A program made the position numbers and the translations under genes. DNA of 64,000 nucleotides from Fidelibacterota bacterium. Its GTDB lineage: Bacteria > Fidelibacterota > UBA8477 > JABMPR01. Location of the stretch: the NCBI GenBank assembly GCA_016844955.1, contig JAERTH010000031.1, forward strand, positions 16,087 through 80,086, in the 5' to 3' direction. Every line of letters begins with the position of its first letter. Positions within the stretch are counted from its first letter, which is position 1. This document shows positions 19,544-30,093 of the stretch, in pieces. The notes under the pieces are model-generated. The model was given only the letters and a program-made list of their open reading frames with translations. It had not been told where the DNA came from and made no database searches.

Positions 19544-19575
19544 GTCATTCTGAACGGAGTGAAGAATTATGATCC
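19544..19575. repeat. solo type-1 L-arm (GTCATTCTGAACGGAGTGAAGAATTATGATCC)
   Basis: Sequence match to the 14149 and 14318 arms. Confidence 0.7.
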
Positions 19576-19609
19576 TATTGGACGGGTAAAATCTATATCT
19601 ATAAAAAAA

Positions 19610-19650
19610 GGACATCACAGAAAAATTGTGATGTCCCCTTTGGTTTGCTT
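19610..19650. terminator. bidirectional rho-independent terminator (ggacatcacag-loop-gtgatgtcc, then T-rich on + and tttttttta on -)
   Basis: Hairpin plus U-tracts on both strands, located between convergent genes. Confidence 0.5.
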
Positions 19651-19670
19651 ATGATAACCTCTATTACAGA

Positions 19671-20414
19671 CTAGGGTGTGGCATGTCCCAGTGTTGGTTT
19701 TGAAGCAGCGCTTTTTTTGGGGACCGTTTTGACAATAGGGTTTTTCCCCGGGTCAATATGCTTTACCTGGGATTTATTGATTTTTTTCCGGACAGAGTCA
19801 AACCCTAGAAGCGGAGTGGTTACTATTTTCTTCAATAAAAAATACGCATTAAACCGATGAAAATTCTTCCTCAGGATAACGTCCTTTGAACTCCGGTTGT
19901 TATAAGGCAACAGGATTGATTTCATTTTGGGGACACTTGAAGATTTAATCAAATAGGCAAAGTGCCCCGAGTTGGCTCCTCGCTTAGACCGTGCTCCTGG
20001 TTTACCGATAATTTTGTTTATGGGCTTACAATCCAAACGATGCCATCCAATCCAAAGCATGTCCCAATCATCTGGAAGTGAAGTCTCATCCAGGTTTTCG
20101 AAGACCGATACAAAGTCAGGCTTGATAACCGCATCATCCTCAAAAATAAGTCCAGTGTCACAATCCGGATCATCTGCGATGGTTTCCCAGATGTGCACAT
20201 GACTTAAAAGTGTACCCAGACTGCCAGCCATGGTAAGCTTAAAATCATCTGCAAGATACCCACGTCGCTGATAATCCTCTGTATCCACATCAAGCCCGTA
20301 TATGGCGTTGTATGTTTCAACCTTGAGACCTGCTTGTTCAGCGTTCCTATAGAAATGATCTCGTCGCCTGGGACTCTGTTCCAGACTTATAAGAAAGGCT
20401 TTATCAAACCGCAT
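19671..20414 (-). CDS. glycosyltransferase family 25 (LPS/LOS biosynthesis-type)
   Basis: N-terminal MRFDKAFLISLEQSPRRRDHF...AIYG pattern typical of GT25. The start is chosen at the internal Met. The provided ORF reaches 20444 and overlaps the RND gene. Confidence 0.65.
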   Translation of the reverse strand: MRFDKAFLISLEQSPRRRDHFYRNAEQAGLKVETYNAIYGLDVDTEDYQRRGYLADDFKLTMAGSLGTLLSHVHIWETIADDPDCDTGLIFEDDAVIKPDFVSVFENLDETSLPDDWDMLWIGWHRLDCKPINKIIGKPGARSKRGANSGHFAYLIKSSSVPKMKSILLPYNNRSSKDVILRKNFHRFNAYFLLKKIVTTPLLGFDSVRKKINKSQVKHIDPGKNPIVKTVPKKSAASKPTLGHATP

Positions 20415-23400
20415 GTTTTTTCCGTTCTGCTCTGCGGATACCAAAGTCTGCTATAAGGCTATAGAGCGATGGCACCACGAAAAGGGTGAGGAAGGTTGCT
20501 GCTGCCAGACCACCAATGACAGTAATGGCCATGGGGGCACGCATTTCAGCGCCCTCTTTCTGATCCAACACCATGGGTAGCATCCCAAAGATTGTAGTCA
20601 ACGCAGTGATAAGTACGGGTCTGAGGCGTGTTGACCCGGCCTCAATGATTGCTGCGGTGGCTTCAATACCTTTACGCCTGAGTTGATTGATATAATCCAC
20701 CAACACAATGCCGTTATTCACCACGATTCCCGTCAACATGATAAATCCGATGAAGCTGGTGAGGCTGATGGTTACTCCAGCAACCAAAAATCCAAACACC
20801 ACTCCAATCAAAGCCAATGGGATAGTCACCATGATGACCAGAGGATGGATGAGAGATTCAAACTGGGAGGCCATGACCATGAACACCAGTAAAATGGCCA
20901 GAGCCAGAGCTTGTCCAAGTGTAATAAAGGTATCAATCATTTGTTCATATTGACCCCCATATTCCACAAAATACCCATCTGGTACTGTGGCCTGAACGGG
21001 CTTGAGTATTTCAATGATTTCCTTCATCACCGTTCCCAGATCACGGTCGAGAATGTTTGCCGTAACCATCACCATTCGACTCTGGTTGTCACGAATGATC
21101 TTTACCGGTCCTTCTTCTTGTGTGATGGAAGCTACCTGGGCCAATGGAATTTGAGTCTTCATGGGGGTGGTCAGTTTGATCTGGCCAATATCCCGGATTG
21201 AATTGCGTTGTTCCTCCTGGAATTTGATACGAACATTTGTTTCGTCTCCTGCATAGCGGTAACGCGTAGCAACCTGTCCCAGGGTAGAAGATTTAATGGT
21301 GTTGGCGACTTGACCTGAAACCAGGCCGAGACGGTTGATTTCCTCGCGGTTCAGTGAGATGTGATATTCAGGTTTGGCTTCTTCCATTGAAGATTTGATA
21401 TCTTTGACACCTTCCACATTGGCGATGACTGCAGCCACCTCTTTGCTGATCTCTTCCAGAATGAGAAAGTCTTTACCAAAAATCTGAATCTCAACATCAT
21501 TTCCTCCACCACCCATGGCAGAACCAAAATCAATATTATTGATGGTTACATCACGCATGGCAGGAATTTCACCGCGGATCTTTTCCCCCACCTGTGTGGT
21601 AGACAGGCTTCTTTCAGATTTTGGTTTCATGGCCAGCATGATCATGCCTTCATGAGATCCGGAATTGGCCATATCTCCACTCTGGCCACGATCCTCCTCA
21701 TTCACACCATTTGAAACAATGACGGTTTGAATACCATCCTCATGGAGGGCGATCTGTTCAACCTGTCGTACTGCCTGGTCTGTTTCTTCAAGTGCTGAAC
21801 CAACAGGCAGCTTGACTTTCATCATCAGCATGGCTTGATCCATTTCAGGCATAAACTCGGTACCTACCAGAGGGATAAGTGCCATGGAGATGATAAAGAG
21901 TAGCAGTGCTGTACCCAGGGTTTTCCAACGATGGCGGAGTACAACAGTTAAGGCCTTTGTATAGTATGCTCTTAAACGAACAATCCAGGATTGATCGGCT
22001 TTCAGCGTATAGTCCTCTTTGCTGCGAGGCTTGAAAAGAACTGATGCAATCATGGGAACCATAGTCAAAGACACAAAGAGTGAAGCCAGCAAGGAGAATG
22101 AAATGGAGAGTGCTAATCCGCGGACCAGTTGCCCTGCAGTTCCCTGTCCCATGGCCATTGGTAAAAACACAGCCAGGGTTGTCAGGGTAGAGGCGGTGAT
22201 AGCCATACCCACTTCTGAAGCTCCCAGCCTGGCCGCTTCCTTACGACTTTTACCTTCTTCAAGGTGCCGGAAGACATTTTCAATTACCACAATTGCGTTG
22301 TCCACCAACATTCCAATTCCCAGGGCCAACCCTCCCAGGGTTAGCAAATTGAGGGTGTAACCCACAGCATTTAAAGGGATAAAAGTAACAATAATAGAAA
22401 CAGGAATAGCAATCCCTACCGCCAGGGTGGGACGAATATTTCTAAGAAAGAAATAGATCATGAGCATGGCCAGTACACCACCAAGCAAGGCGGTTTGACC
22501 CGTACTGTTGACAGTGAGTTTGACACTGGATGACATATCCATGCCCACATGCATTTCAATGTCCGGAGGAAGGATCCTCTTCAGTTCCTCCAACTCGGCT
22601 TTTACCTGATCTGCAACTTGAACGGTGTTGGCACCAGATTGTTTGGTGACAATCATCATAACACCGGGTTTGGATTGCACCCGCATTTCTGTGCGCAGAT
22701 CAGAAACTGTATCTTTAACTTTGGCTATTTGTCTCAGCTTGATTGGATTACCAGTTGGTGAAGCACCGACCACCAGATCCTCAATTTCAGAGAGTGAGGC
22801 GAACTCAGATCTGGTCCGAATGAGGTAATCCTTGTGGTCTTCGACAATTCGACCTGCTGGCATATTCAAATTCTCAAAGCCAATGATCTGGGCAACTTGG
22901 GCCAGTGTGATTCCTGAAGTTTCCAGGGCATGTTGGTCAATTTCGACCTGAATTTCTCTGACTTCAGGAGACTGAACGATAACTGATGCAACACCTTCGA
23001 TACGTTCCAGACGATACCCGGCTGTTTCATCCATGTATTCGGCCAGCTCGTTGAGCGGTCGATCCTCGCTGGTGACTCCATAGAACAGCAGGGGTAAGGC
23101 GGACATGTCAAATTTCATGACCAGGGGTGTTTGAATCTCATCAGGTAGAAAGTCTGCGAACATAGCGAGCTGGTCGCGAAGGTCCTGAGCTGCAAAATCA
23201 AGGTTGGAGCCATTCTCAAATTCCACGGCAATCATGGACATGCCCTCCACTGTGGTGGAGACAACACCCTTTACACCGGTAACCGAGGAAATGGCCTGCT
23301 CAATGGGTTTGGTTACAATGGATTCAATATCTTCAGGACTGGCGCCACTATATACGGTAACCACAGAAACCATGGGAAATTCCACATCGGGGAGCATATC

Positions 23401-23502
23401 CAGACCCAGCTTGGTGAAGGATATGATACCACCAAGAATCACGATCAACGTGATCATGGTGACCGTGATCTTACGATCGACGGATAGATCAACAATTTTC
23501 AT
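20404..23502 (-). CDS. RND efflux transporter permease (HAE1/AcrB-CzcA family)
   Basis: 1032 aa with 12 TMS in two halves and large periplasmic loops. Conserved VDNAIVVIENV and GMLPM motifs. Confidence 0.9.
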   Translation of the reverse strand: MKIVDLSVDRKITVTMITLIVILGGIISFTKLGLDMLPDVEFPMVSVVTVYSGASPEDIESIVTKPIEQAISSVTGVKGVVSTTVEGMSMIAVEFENGSNLDFAAQDLRDQLAMFADFLPDEIQTPLVMKFDMSALPLLFYGVTSEDRPLNELAEYMDETAGYRLERIEGVASVIVQSPEVREIQVEIDQHALETSGITLAQVAQIIGFENLNMPAGRIVEDHKDYLIRTRSEFASLSEIEDLVVGASPTGNPIKLRQIAKVKDTVSDLRTEMRVQSKPGVMMIVTKQSGANTVQVADQVKAELEELKRILPPDIEMHVGMDMSSSVKLTVNSTGQTALLGGVLAMLMIYFFLRNIRPTLAVGIAIPVSIIVTFIPLNAVGYTLNLLTLGGLALGIGMLVDNAIVVIENVFRHLEEGKSRKEAARLGASEVGMAITASTLTTLAVFLPMAMGQGTAGQLVRGLALSISFSLLASLFVSLTMVPMIASVLFKPRSKEDYTLKADQSWIVRLRAYYTKALTVVLRHRWKTLGTALLLFIISMALIPLVGTEFMPEMDQAMLMMKVKLPVGSALEETDQAVRQVEQIALHEDGIQTVIVSNGVNEEDRGQSGDMANSGSHEGMIMLAMKPKSERSLSTTQVGEKIRGEIPAMRDVTINNIDFGSAMGGGGNDVEIQIFGKDFLILEEISKEVAAVIANVEGVKDIKSSMEEAKPEYHISLNREEINRLGLVSGQVANTIKSSTLGQVATRYRYAGDETNVRIKFQEEQRNSIRDIGQIKLTTPMKTQIPLAQVASITQEEGPVKIIRDNQSRMVMVTANILDRDLGTVMKEIIEILKPVQATVPDGYFVEYGGQYEQMIDTFITLGQALALAILLVFMVMASQFESLIHPLVIMVTIPLALIGVVFGFLVAGVTISLTSFIGFIMLTGIVVNNGIVLVDYINQLRRKGIEATAAIIEAGSTRLRPVLITALTTIFGMLPMVLDQKEGAEMRAPMAITVIGGLAAATFLTLFVVPSLYSLIADFGIRRAERKKHAV

Positions 23503-23512
23503 GATGTGCTCC

Positions 23513-24589
23513 TTAGTCCTCTATCTTGATCAGACTGCTGTCTGCTAGAATAAAGGCACCTGATGTGACATAAATTTCATTGTCCATCAAGCCCTCACCG
23601 ATGACGATTTCATCAAGACTTTCCTGTAGCACCTTTACATCACGTTTGTAGGCGAGATTGTCCTCAATTACAAACATGTGTGACTTATCAATCACTGAAT
23701 TTTTAGGCACTACCATGACATTATCAATTTCTTCTATAGCAATATCTACACGACCAAAAGTACCAGCGTGCAACAAGCCTTCTGCGTTGTCGAATTGGCA
23801 TTCAAGAAAAAAGGTTTTTGATAGGGGGTCAGCTGCAACGCCCACCAATGTGACCACACCTGGGATGGGATCATCCAGATAGTCCACAGTCAGGGTAGCA
23901 TTCTGCCCCTTTTTCATAGACATAATCTCCTGAGAGGTGATCTGCAATTCGACTTTGATGCTGGAAACATCTTGAAGTGTGTAGACCGGCATCATGACAG
24001 CCGGGCTGAATAAATCACCACGGTTAAATCCTTTTTGGGTGATCACGCCGGCGAAGGGTGCTCTCAGGGTTGCCTTATGGAGTTGCATTTTGAGTAGATC
24101 AACACCGGCACTGGCTTGATTCATCTGAGCCTGAGCTGCTTCCAGCCCCAACTTCATTTTTTCGAATTGTTGTTGGGATACAGCATTTTCACTATGCAGG
24201 GTTTGAACACGGTCCCAGTTTTTTTGGGCATCAAGGAGGTTTGCCCGGGCTACTGAAAGTCCTGCCTGGGCTTGTTTGTATTGCAGAGACAGGGTGCTGG
24301 TGTCCATTTGCACCAGCCACTGACCTTGATTTACAAAATCGCCAATCTGAACATAAAGCGCTTCAATTTTCCCCGGGATTTCAGGAATTACACGAGAGGT
24401 CTGAATGGCCAGGAGAGACCCATTGTAAGAAAGTGTGCTGAGAAAAGTTTGAGAGTTGGCTGTGGCAACTTCCACGGGGACTGCTTTACGAATCCAATCC
24501 TCTGTGGTATCTGTTGCTTCATCCTTGCTGCAAGTGATGAGGGTGGCCAGTGCCAATGCTAAAATGAGTGTATGTCTAAGTGTTTTCAT
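23513..24589 (-). CDS. RND efflux periplasmic adaptor (membrane fusion protein)
   Basis: Lipoprotein-type signal (LITCS). Coiled-coil segment followed by a beta-barrel region. Positioned between the OMF and RND genes. Confidence 0.85.
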   Translation of the reverse strand: MKTLRHTLILALALATLITCSKDEATDTTEDWIRKAVPVEVATANSQTFLSTLSYNGSLLAIQTSRVIPEIPGKIEALYVQIGDFVNQGQWLVQMDTSTLSLQYKQAQAGLSVARANLLDAQKNWDRVQTLHSENAVSQQQFEKMKLGLEAAQAQMNQASAGVDLLKMQLHKATLRAPFAGVITQKGFNRGDLFSPAVMMPVYTLQDVSSIKVELQITSQEIMSMKKGQNATLTVDYLDDPIPGVVTLVGVAADPLSKTFFLECQFDNAEGLLHAGTFGRVDIAIEEIDNVMVVPKNSVIDKSHMFVIEDNLAYKRDVKVLQESLDEIVIGEGLMDNEIYVTSGAFILADSSLIKIED

Positions 24590-25950
24590 TTTCTAGAAGT
24601 TCCTTCATGATAGAGGGACTCGCCGATTGCCTTTTTGATGCTGGCCTCCGCGAGGGTGTAGTTGAATAATGCCTGTAAATAATTGGCCTTGGCCGCAGTC
24701 ATGTTGATTTGAACCTGATTGGCCTGGAGGTTGGTGATGGTGCCTTCACGGTATTGGATTTTTGCCAGGCGGGCAGCTTCTTCAGCTTGACCAACTGTTT
24801 TTTGCTGGGATAAGATGTTTTTCTCTGCTTCCATGAGACGCAGGTATGTTTGCTCTACTTCGAAGAGGATTCCGTCCTTGAGCGCTTCCATTCCGTATTC
24901 AACCTGACGTTGGGCAATTTTAGCTTGACGGATCTTGGAGTAGCGGACGCCGCCATTAAACAAATTGTAGCTTAAGCCCACTGCAAGCATGTTGCTCTTG
25001 TCCCAATCTGATACTTGATCCAGGTCATCTCCAAACTTTGAGTAGGACCAAGAGAGGGCGACCATGGGCAGGAATTCTGACCGGGCCATATTCACACCCA
25101 TTGAGCTCAAGGATTTGCTGATTTCCATCTGGTGCAATTCGGATCGATTTGACAAGGCTTTGACCTTAAGGGTTTCCAGTTCATACGCTCCAGGGTTGTA
25201 GCTCATGACATCTGTGAGGACAATCTCTGTTTCTGAGTCTATCCCCAGCAGCATCCTGATACCTGCCGCCGCCATAGTGACACCATTCTCGGCCTGGGTT
25301 TTTTGAGGAAGCAGATTGGCTGCTTGAACTTCAGCCTGAAGTAGATCAAGTTTAGAAATCATTCCCTGGCCGTAGAGCAATTTTGAAATTTCGTAGAACT
25401 CCTGTGCAGTTTGATAGCCCTCTTCAGCAACGGAGAGGAACTCCTGAGTCACCAGCATTCCCAGATAAGCCTGGATCACATTGAAAGAGAGGTTGTTTTT
25501 CTCTTGTCTGTGCTGGGATTGAATCAAGTTCAACCCTTTGCGGGCCATGAGGGTACCCAATATTACTTTCCCACCGGTGAAGAGGGGCTGCGTGACCTGC
25601 AGATCCATTTGATAATCATTGGTGAAATCCATTTCCATGGTGGGGTTGGACATCAGGTATGTGATTGGGTTGGCCGGATCAGGTACCACACCAGGTACAT
25701 AGAAGAAGTTGTCGATGGGTCTGACAATCTCATCCACGATCTGGCTGCTCTGGATACTGATTGAGGGCAGGGCTGAGCCGATGGCCTGATAAACACTCTG
25801 CTGTGCATCATTCACTTTTTCCTGAGCGATTTTGATGCTGGGATTCCGTTCGAGGGCCAGTTGGATGCTCTGTTCAATAGATAGAGTCTGTTGATTCTCT
25901 GCCAGTGCCAGTAGGGGCAGGAACAGTGAAAATATTATGCTTTTGTGCAT
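24586..25950 (-). CDS. TolC-family outer membrane efflux protein
   Basis: Signal peptide and a two-repeat alpha/beta architecture of about 450 aa. First structural gene of the efflux operon. Confidence 0.8.
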   Translation of the reverse strand: MHKSIIFSLFLPLLALAENQQTLSIEQSIQLALERNPSIKIAQEKVNDAQQSVYQAIGSALPSISIQSSQIVDEIVRPIDNFFYVPGVVPDPANPITYLMSNPTMEMDFTNDYQMDLQVTQPLFTGGKVILGTLMARKGLNLIQSQHRQEKNNLSFNVIQAYLGMLVTQEFLSVAEEGYQTAQEFYEISKLLYGQGMISKLDLLQAEVQAANLLPQKTQAENGVTMAAAGIRMLLGIDSETEIVLTDVMSYNPGAYELETLKVKALSNRSELHQMEISKSLSSMGVNMARSEFLPMVALSWSYSKFGDDLDQVSDWDKSNMLAVGLSYNLFNGGVRYSKIRQAKIAQRQVEYGMEALKDGILFEVEQTYLRLMEAEKNILSQQKTVGQAEEAARLAKIQYREGTITNLQANQVQINMTAAKANYLQALFNYTLAEASIKKAIGESLYHEGTSRK

Positions 25951-26549
25951 GGGATAACTCCGTGGAGGAAAAGCTGGGTGATTTCCAGCTTTAGTTCTTC
26001 AGGGTTGATGGTTTCAGGTTGGAGCAGCCAGGTGAGCGTGTGAATATTGATAGCCCCCATGATGCTGCGTGCCAGTGTATCCGGTTTTATCGGTGAATCG
26101 TCAGGGAGATGTTTTTGCAGGCTTTGGGTTGTCATCAACACATGATGCTGTTGTTTCTCCAGCAGCCCCTCACGCATTCCGGAATCTGAACCATGCATGA
26201 CCTTACCCTGTTCAGCAACTGCCAACTGAAAAAAGTCATTATTCTCGATAAAAAATTGGAATTGTGCATTGACCAGAGCACCAATTACTTCCTCAATATT
26301 CTGGGCTGTGCTTATGGCTTTCTCGAGGGTGGATGTAAACTTTTCCGCTTTCTCAATAATTACAGAGAAGAAGAGGTCCTCTTTTGATTTAAAGTGGAGG
26401 TAAAGTGTACCTTTGCTCCAGCCGCATTCTTCGGCAACTTTTTCCATGGTGGTTGTATGAAAGCCCTGGCGGGCGAATACTTGTTCAGCTGCTTCAAGAA
26501 TTTCCAGGCGGTGTTGTTCTTTACGTAGTTCTTTTCTATCCATTGTCAT
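25935..26549 (-). CDS. TetR/AcrR-family transcriptional regulator
   Basis: N-terminal HTH TMEKVAEECGWSKGTLYLHFKSKEDLF. Confidence 0.85.
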   Translation of the reverse strand: MTMDRKELRKEQHRLEILEAAEQVFARQGFHTTTMEKVAEECGWSKGTLYLHFKSKEDLFFSVIIEKAEKFTSTLEKAISTAQNIEEVIGALVNAQFQFFIENNDFFQLAVAEQGKVMHGSDSGMREGLLEKQQHHVLMTTQSLQKHLPDDSPIKPDTLARSIMGAINIHTLTWLLQPETINPEELKLEITQLFLHGVIPCTKA

Positions 26550-26573
26550 CTTAAAAAATCAAGCTCCTATATT

Positions 26574-26603
26574 CTGACTGGTCAGGAATATAATGACCGG
26601 TCA
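26574..26603. promoter_or_regulatory. two palindromes CTGACTGGTCAG and TGACCGGTCA about 25 nt upstream of the tetR start; candidate TetR operator(s)
   Basis: Read directly. The shared half-site is TGAC..GTCA. Located in the tetR / efflux operon promoter region. Confidence 0.45.
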
Positions 26604-26730
26604 GTCATAATAAAGTCTTTGTTTCACTTTAGAATACAGATGATCTTAACTGCTCAAGTTTTATTGACAGCTAGATTTGAAGTAGTTCAAGGGCAAATAT
26701 TTCTACAAAAAGAAACCTGAAATAGCAGTA

Positions 26731-27741
26731 GTGAGGATACAGATGCAGCGTGAAAATTTAAGAACGATTCTTTTTTCCTTGATGATTGTGATGATGAGCA
26801 CCGGCATGCTATTCGCCCAGAATGGTGGTGGTAACAACGGTGGCAACCACAATGGTGGACATGATGGACCTGGCGGTGGCAACTGGGGTCACGGAGACAG
26901 CACCGGACATGGCGATCATGACGGTAACTGGGGTCATGGAGACAGCACCGGTCATGGCGATCATGGCGGTAACTGGGGTCACGGAGACAGCACCGGTCAT
27001 GGCGATCATGACGGCAACAGGGGACATGGAGACAGCACTGGACATGGCAATCATGACGGTCATTGGGGTCATGGCGATCGCCCTGGACATGGCGGTCACT
27101 GGGGTAATGGGGGTAGTCTGAGTCTTGACAGTATATTCGTCAGCGGCCTAGTCTCAACCAGCTTCGACACAATCGTTTTTCAGGGTGGTCATCACTTTCC
27201 GGGTGCACCTGATAGTGGCGAGTATGTTCACACCTCATATTTTCTGGATACTGACGCCAATGATAATCCAGACTATCAACTTATGCACCTCCGCTGGATG
27301 AGTCGAATGGACTCAACATTCATTCTACCACAAGCGGGTGATGCTGTTGAAATAGCCGGTTTGCTAGTTCCCGTAGAAGAAAACCTGGCCAGAATTCTGG
27401 TGCTGGAAATTTCTATCAATGATGATGCAGAAGCATTTGGTGTCCTGGCAACCGCTGATCCAGCCCAGTTGACCAAGAGTCATACACTTCAATCGGTGAG
27501 TTATCCCAATCCCTTTAACCCAAGCGCAACCATTGAATTCACCCTGGCTGAAGCCAATCAGGTCAGCCTCAGAGTCTATGATATCCGTGGGGCTGAAGTT
27601 GCCGTTCTGGCAGATTCACAATTTGGTGGTGGTGTGCACAAACTCAACTTCAATCCTGAGAACTTGAGTGCTGGTACCTATCTGTATGTACTGGAAGCCG
27701 GAAGTCAGCGTGAGGTAAGACGGATTGCTTATCTGAAATAA
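26731..27741 (+). CDS. secreted His/Asp/Gly-rich tandem-repeat protein with T9SS C-terminal sorting domain
   Basis: Signal peptide, then GGNNGGNHNGGHDGPGGG, then about five repeats of NWGHGDSTGHGDHDG, and finally SYPNPFNPSATIEF...GTYLYVLEAG. Confidence 0.7.
   Translation: MRIQMQRENLRTILFSLMIVMMSTGMLFAQNGGGNNGGNHNGGHDGPGGGNWGHGDSTGHGDHDGNWGHGDSTGHGDHGGNWGHGDSTGHGDHDGNRGHGDSTGHGNHDGHWGHGDRPGHGGHWGNGGSLSLDSIFVSGLVSTSFDTIVFQGGHHFPGAPDSGEYVHTSYFLDTDANDNPDYQLMHLRWMSRMDSTFILPQAGDAVEIAGLLVPVEENLARILVLEISINDDAEAFGVLATADPAQLTKSHTLQSVSYPNPFNPSATIEFTLAEANQVSLRVYDIRGAEVAVLADSQFGGGVHKLNFNPENLSAGTYLYVLEAGSQREVRRIAYLK
26878..27105 (+). repeat. in-frame 45-bp tandem repeat, about 5 copies (ggtaactggggtcacggagacagcaccggtcatggcgatcatgac)
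   Basis: Read directly. The copies differ at only 1-3 positions. Confidence 0.85.
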
Positions 27742-27764
27742 AATTTATCATAGATCAGTATTTT

Positions 27765-27798
27765 AGAGCCTCGGGTCATTACCCGGGGCTCTTTTTTA
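27765..27798 (+). terminator. rho-independent terminator (agagcctcgggt-catt-acccggggctct + tttttt)
   Basis: 12-bp stem followed by a T6 tract, 24 nt after the stop codon. Confidence 0.7.
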
Positions 27799-28082
27799 CC
27801 CCATCAATCGACAAAAAATGCAGATCGGTGGTGGGAATCACATTTTTGCATTTGGATTTATTCAAGAATCAATTGATTCGTCGACCAGAGTAGCGGATAC
27901 AGTCCCGAAATTGTACAGTGTATATCAGAAACCGCATAATTTTGGGGCTCAATTAGGCAGCGGAGTTTGTTAAACTTCACTGGCGTCATATAAGTATTGA
28001 GAGCCAACTTGATCAGCTAGGACATTCACCATACTGTTTCCAGTATCAGTACTTCAAGGAGTACTTTCCGGTGGCAGCCCTG

Positions 28083-29669
28083 TTAAGGTGTAAGGTAGAC
28101 AATTTTACCTGAAAAATGTTTCTCCCCGACTTCAACCCTGATGAATAACAATTGGTTCGTCAGGTATGCGTCTCGCGGCAATTCGATGGAAATCGTTTCT
28201 GCACCTGATCGGGTGACCCGTGGCTGAGCAATATTACGACCTCCAATATCATACAGTTCACATGATCCTACGGGCTGATCCCCACTATCTCCCAACACCA
28301 TCTCCAATTGATCCCCGGAGCATGGGTTTGGATATATCAGCTTCGCTTCAATTGTTGGTTCAACCGCTGTAGAAAACAAGCTGGTCAGATCGGGAATTCC
28401 GTAGCCGTAACTGTTGTCAGGGTTTGCCCCTCGATCGCCATACTCGCGAAAGATAGAAATGATTGAATCAGGAGATAGCGTTGGTTGTGCCTGCAAGAGC
28501 AAAGCGGCTAATCCAGCAATCTGGGGCGTAGAGAATGAGGTACCACTGGCAGAGGTAAAGCCACTCATTCCGCTGACCATACGAACCGTGCGCCCCATGG
28601 CTACCACCTCAGGTTTGATTCGATTATCATAGGTTGGACCACGTCCAGAAAAACTATCAATAATTCCATCAGCATTCACTGAGCCTACACTGAGAACATG
28701 TGGACTGTCAGCCGGTGGCCAGACAGACCTGGAACCAGGTCCCTCATTGCCCATGGAGTTGACCACCAGGATTCCGCGCTGAGCAGCAATATTCGCAGCT
28801 TTGCTTATGATGGTGGTAGCCCCATCAAGAGCAGAGGGGGGATAGTCCTCTGAAGGATCATCGTGCTCAAGAAAATAGTTCAGTGAGGATGAAATAATAT
28901 CCACGCCCAACGCATCTGCCCATTCCATGGCTGCGACCCAATTGTCCTCCTCAATGCGGGTTTCACTCCCTTCGTCTTCGGTACGTGCCAGGAGATAATT
29001 AGCACCGTAAGCTGGTCCAATTAGTTCACCGGGTACATACCCGCCTAACACACTCAACACTTTTTCACCATGTCCGAAGCCAACATCTGCATTATTATCC
29101 TGGTCCACAAAGTCATGCTGTCCCACGATACTCACCTGGTCAAATGCAGGATGGGTTGTTTTAAATCCCGTATCGAAAATACCAATTGTTACACCAGATG
29201 CATCATATCCACGATCATGCAAATCAGGGATGTTAAGCATCTGGTTTTGGGTGTATGAATCACCATATGCAAAAGTAGCGCTACGCTTCAATTGGTTTTC
29301 CTGATGTGACTGTTGGTTTGCCCTTAGGACACTTTTTGCCACGGGTTGAATGTTTTTCACCCGGGGTAATTGATAGAGATTCTGAAGCATTTCTGTATTG
29401 TCAACTTCTACACTGGCAGCGTTGAGGTAGACGGATACTTGTCTGACAATAAAACCAGCTCTATGCAACTGCTGGATGTTTTCAGCGGCTACTGCCTGAG
29501 AGCCCGGGGCATTTAAATTTCCTCGCATCATGATTCTCTGCTCTGCTTGCGAACTCAGGGGGATGGCTGGCCGAGGAAGCGAATCATCAAAAAAGACCCA
29601 GTGCGGTTTTTCTCCGAACACAAAAGCGGAAATTAAAAGCAGTGAGAGTAGTTGAGACAAAAGTTGCAT
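28083..29669 (-). CDS. S8 subtilisin-family serine peptidase with T9SS-type C-terminal domain
   Basis: Asp (IGIFDTGF), His (GFGHGE), Asn (NSMGNEGP) and Ser (GTSFSTPQIAGLAALL). The C-terminus reads LIYPNPCSG... Confidence 0.8.
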   Translation of the reverse strand: MQLLSQLLSLLLISAFVFGEKPHWVFFDDSLPRPAIPLSSQAEQRIMMRGNLNAPGSQAVAAENIQQLHRAGFIVRQVSVYLNAASVEVDNTEMLQNLYQLPRVKNIQPVAKSVLRANQQSHQENQLKRSATFAYGDSYTQNQMLNIPDLHDRGYDASGVTIGIFDTGFKTTHPAFDQVSIVGQHDFVDQDNNADVGFGHGEKVLSVLGGYVPGELIGPAYGANYLLARTEDEGSETRIEEDNWVAAMEWADALGVDIISSSLNYFLEHDDPSEDYPPSALDGATTIISKAANIAAQRGILVVNSMGNEGPGSRSVWPPADSPHVLSVGSVNADGIIDSFSGRGPTYDNRIKPEVVAMGRTVRMVSGMSGFTSASGTSFSTPQIAGLAALLLQAQPTLSPDSIISIFREYGDRGANPDNSYGYGIPDLTSLFSTAVEPTIEAKLIYPNPCSGDQLEMVLGDSGDQPVGSCELYDIGGRNIAQPRVTRSGAETISIELPRDAYLTNQLLFIRVEVGEKHFSGKIVYLTP

Positions 29670-30093
29670 GCGGTAAAAGTAGAATAGGATGACGCTTTAT
29701 GAACATAACTTTTTGACTATATCAATCTTGCTATGGGTCGTTAAATCGAATGGAAACCAGAAAGACAAAATGCTTGACCTGGAGGACACTGGTTGCCAGT
29801 TGAATGGCTTGCCTGTTTCAATTGATGTCTCCATTATGTGACATTGGCCATAATTATGCCATATTTAGCACACATAATGGAGTGTCTCTTGTTTTTATGG
29901 ATCATATATAAATACATTATAAATAAATATATGCACATGAAAATTTTTGCTGGCACAACCTTTGACATATATTAAGGAAAATGTGAGAAGTTTGGTCCTG
30001 CGAATTAAATTGAATCCTGGACTGTTATATCAAGCTTGGGCGAATTTATTCAGGAGTCTCAAGCAAGGGGTAAGGAAAAAAGATCAGTCAACC

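Noticed and set aside
26809-27121. ORFs 26809..27099 (minus strand) and 26822..27121 (plus strand), which encode Met/Thr/Val-rich peptides
   Set aside because: These are alternative-frame read-throughs of the 45-bp tandem repeat inside the His-rich gene. Periodic DNA keeps all frames open.
29670-30093. Sigma70-type promoter TTGACA at about 29961
   Set aside because: No TATAAT-like -10 element lies at a proper 17-nt spacing, and the probable FCB-lineage host would be expected to use a different consensus (-33 TTG / -7 TAnnTTTG). No promoter was called.
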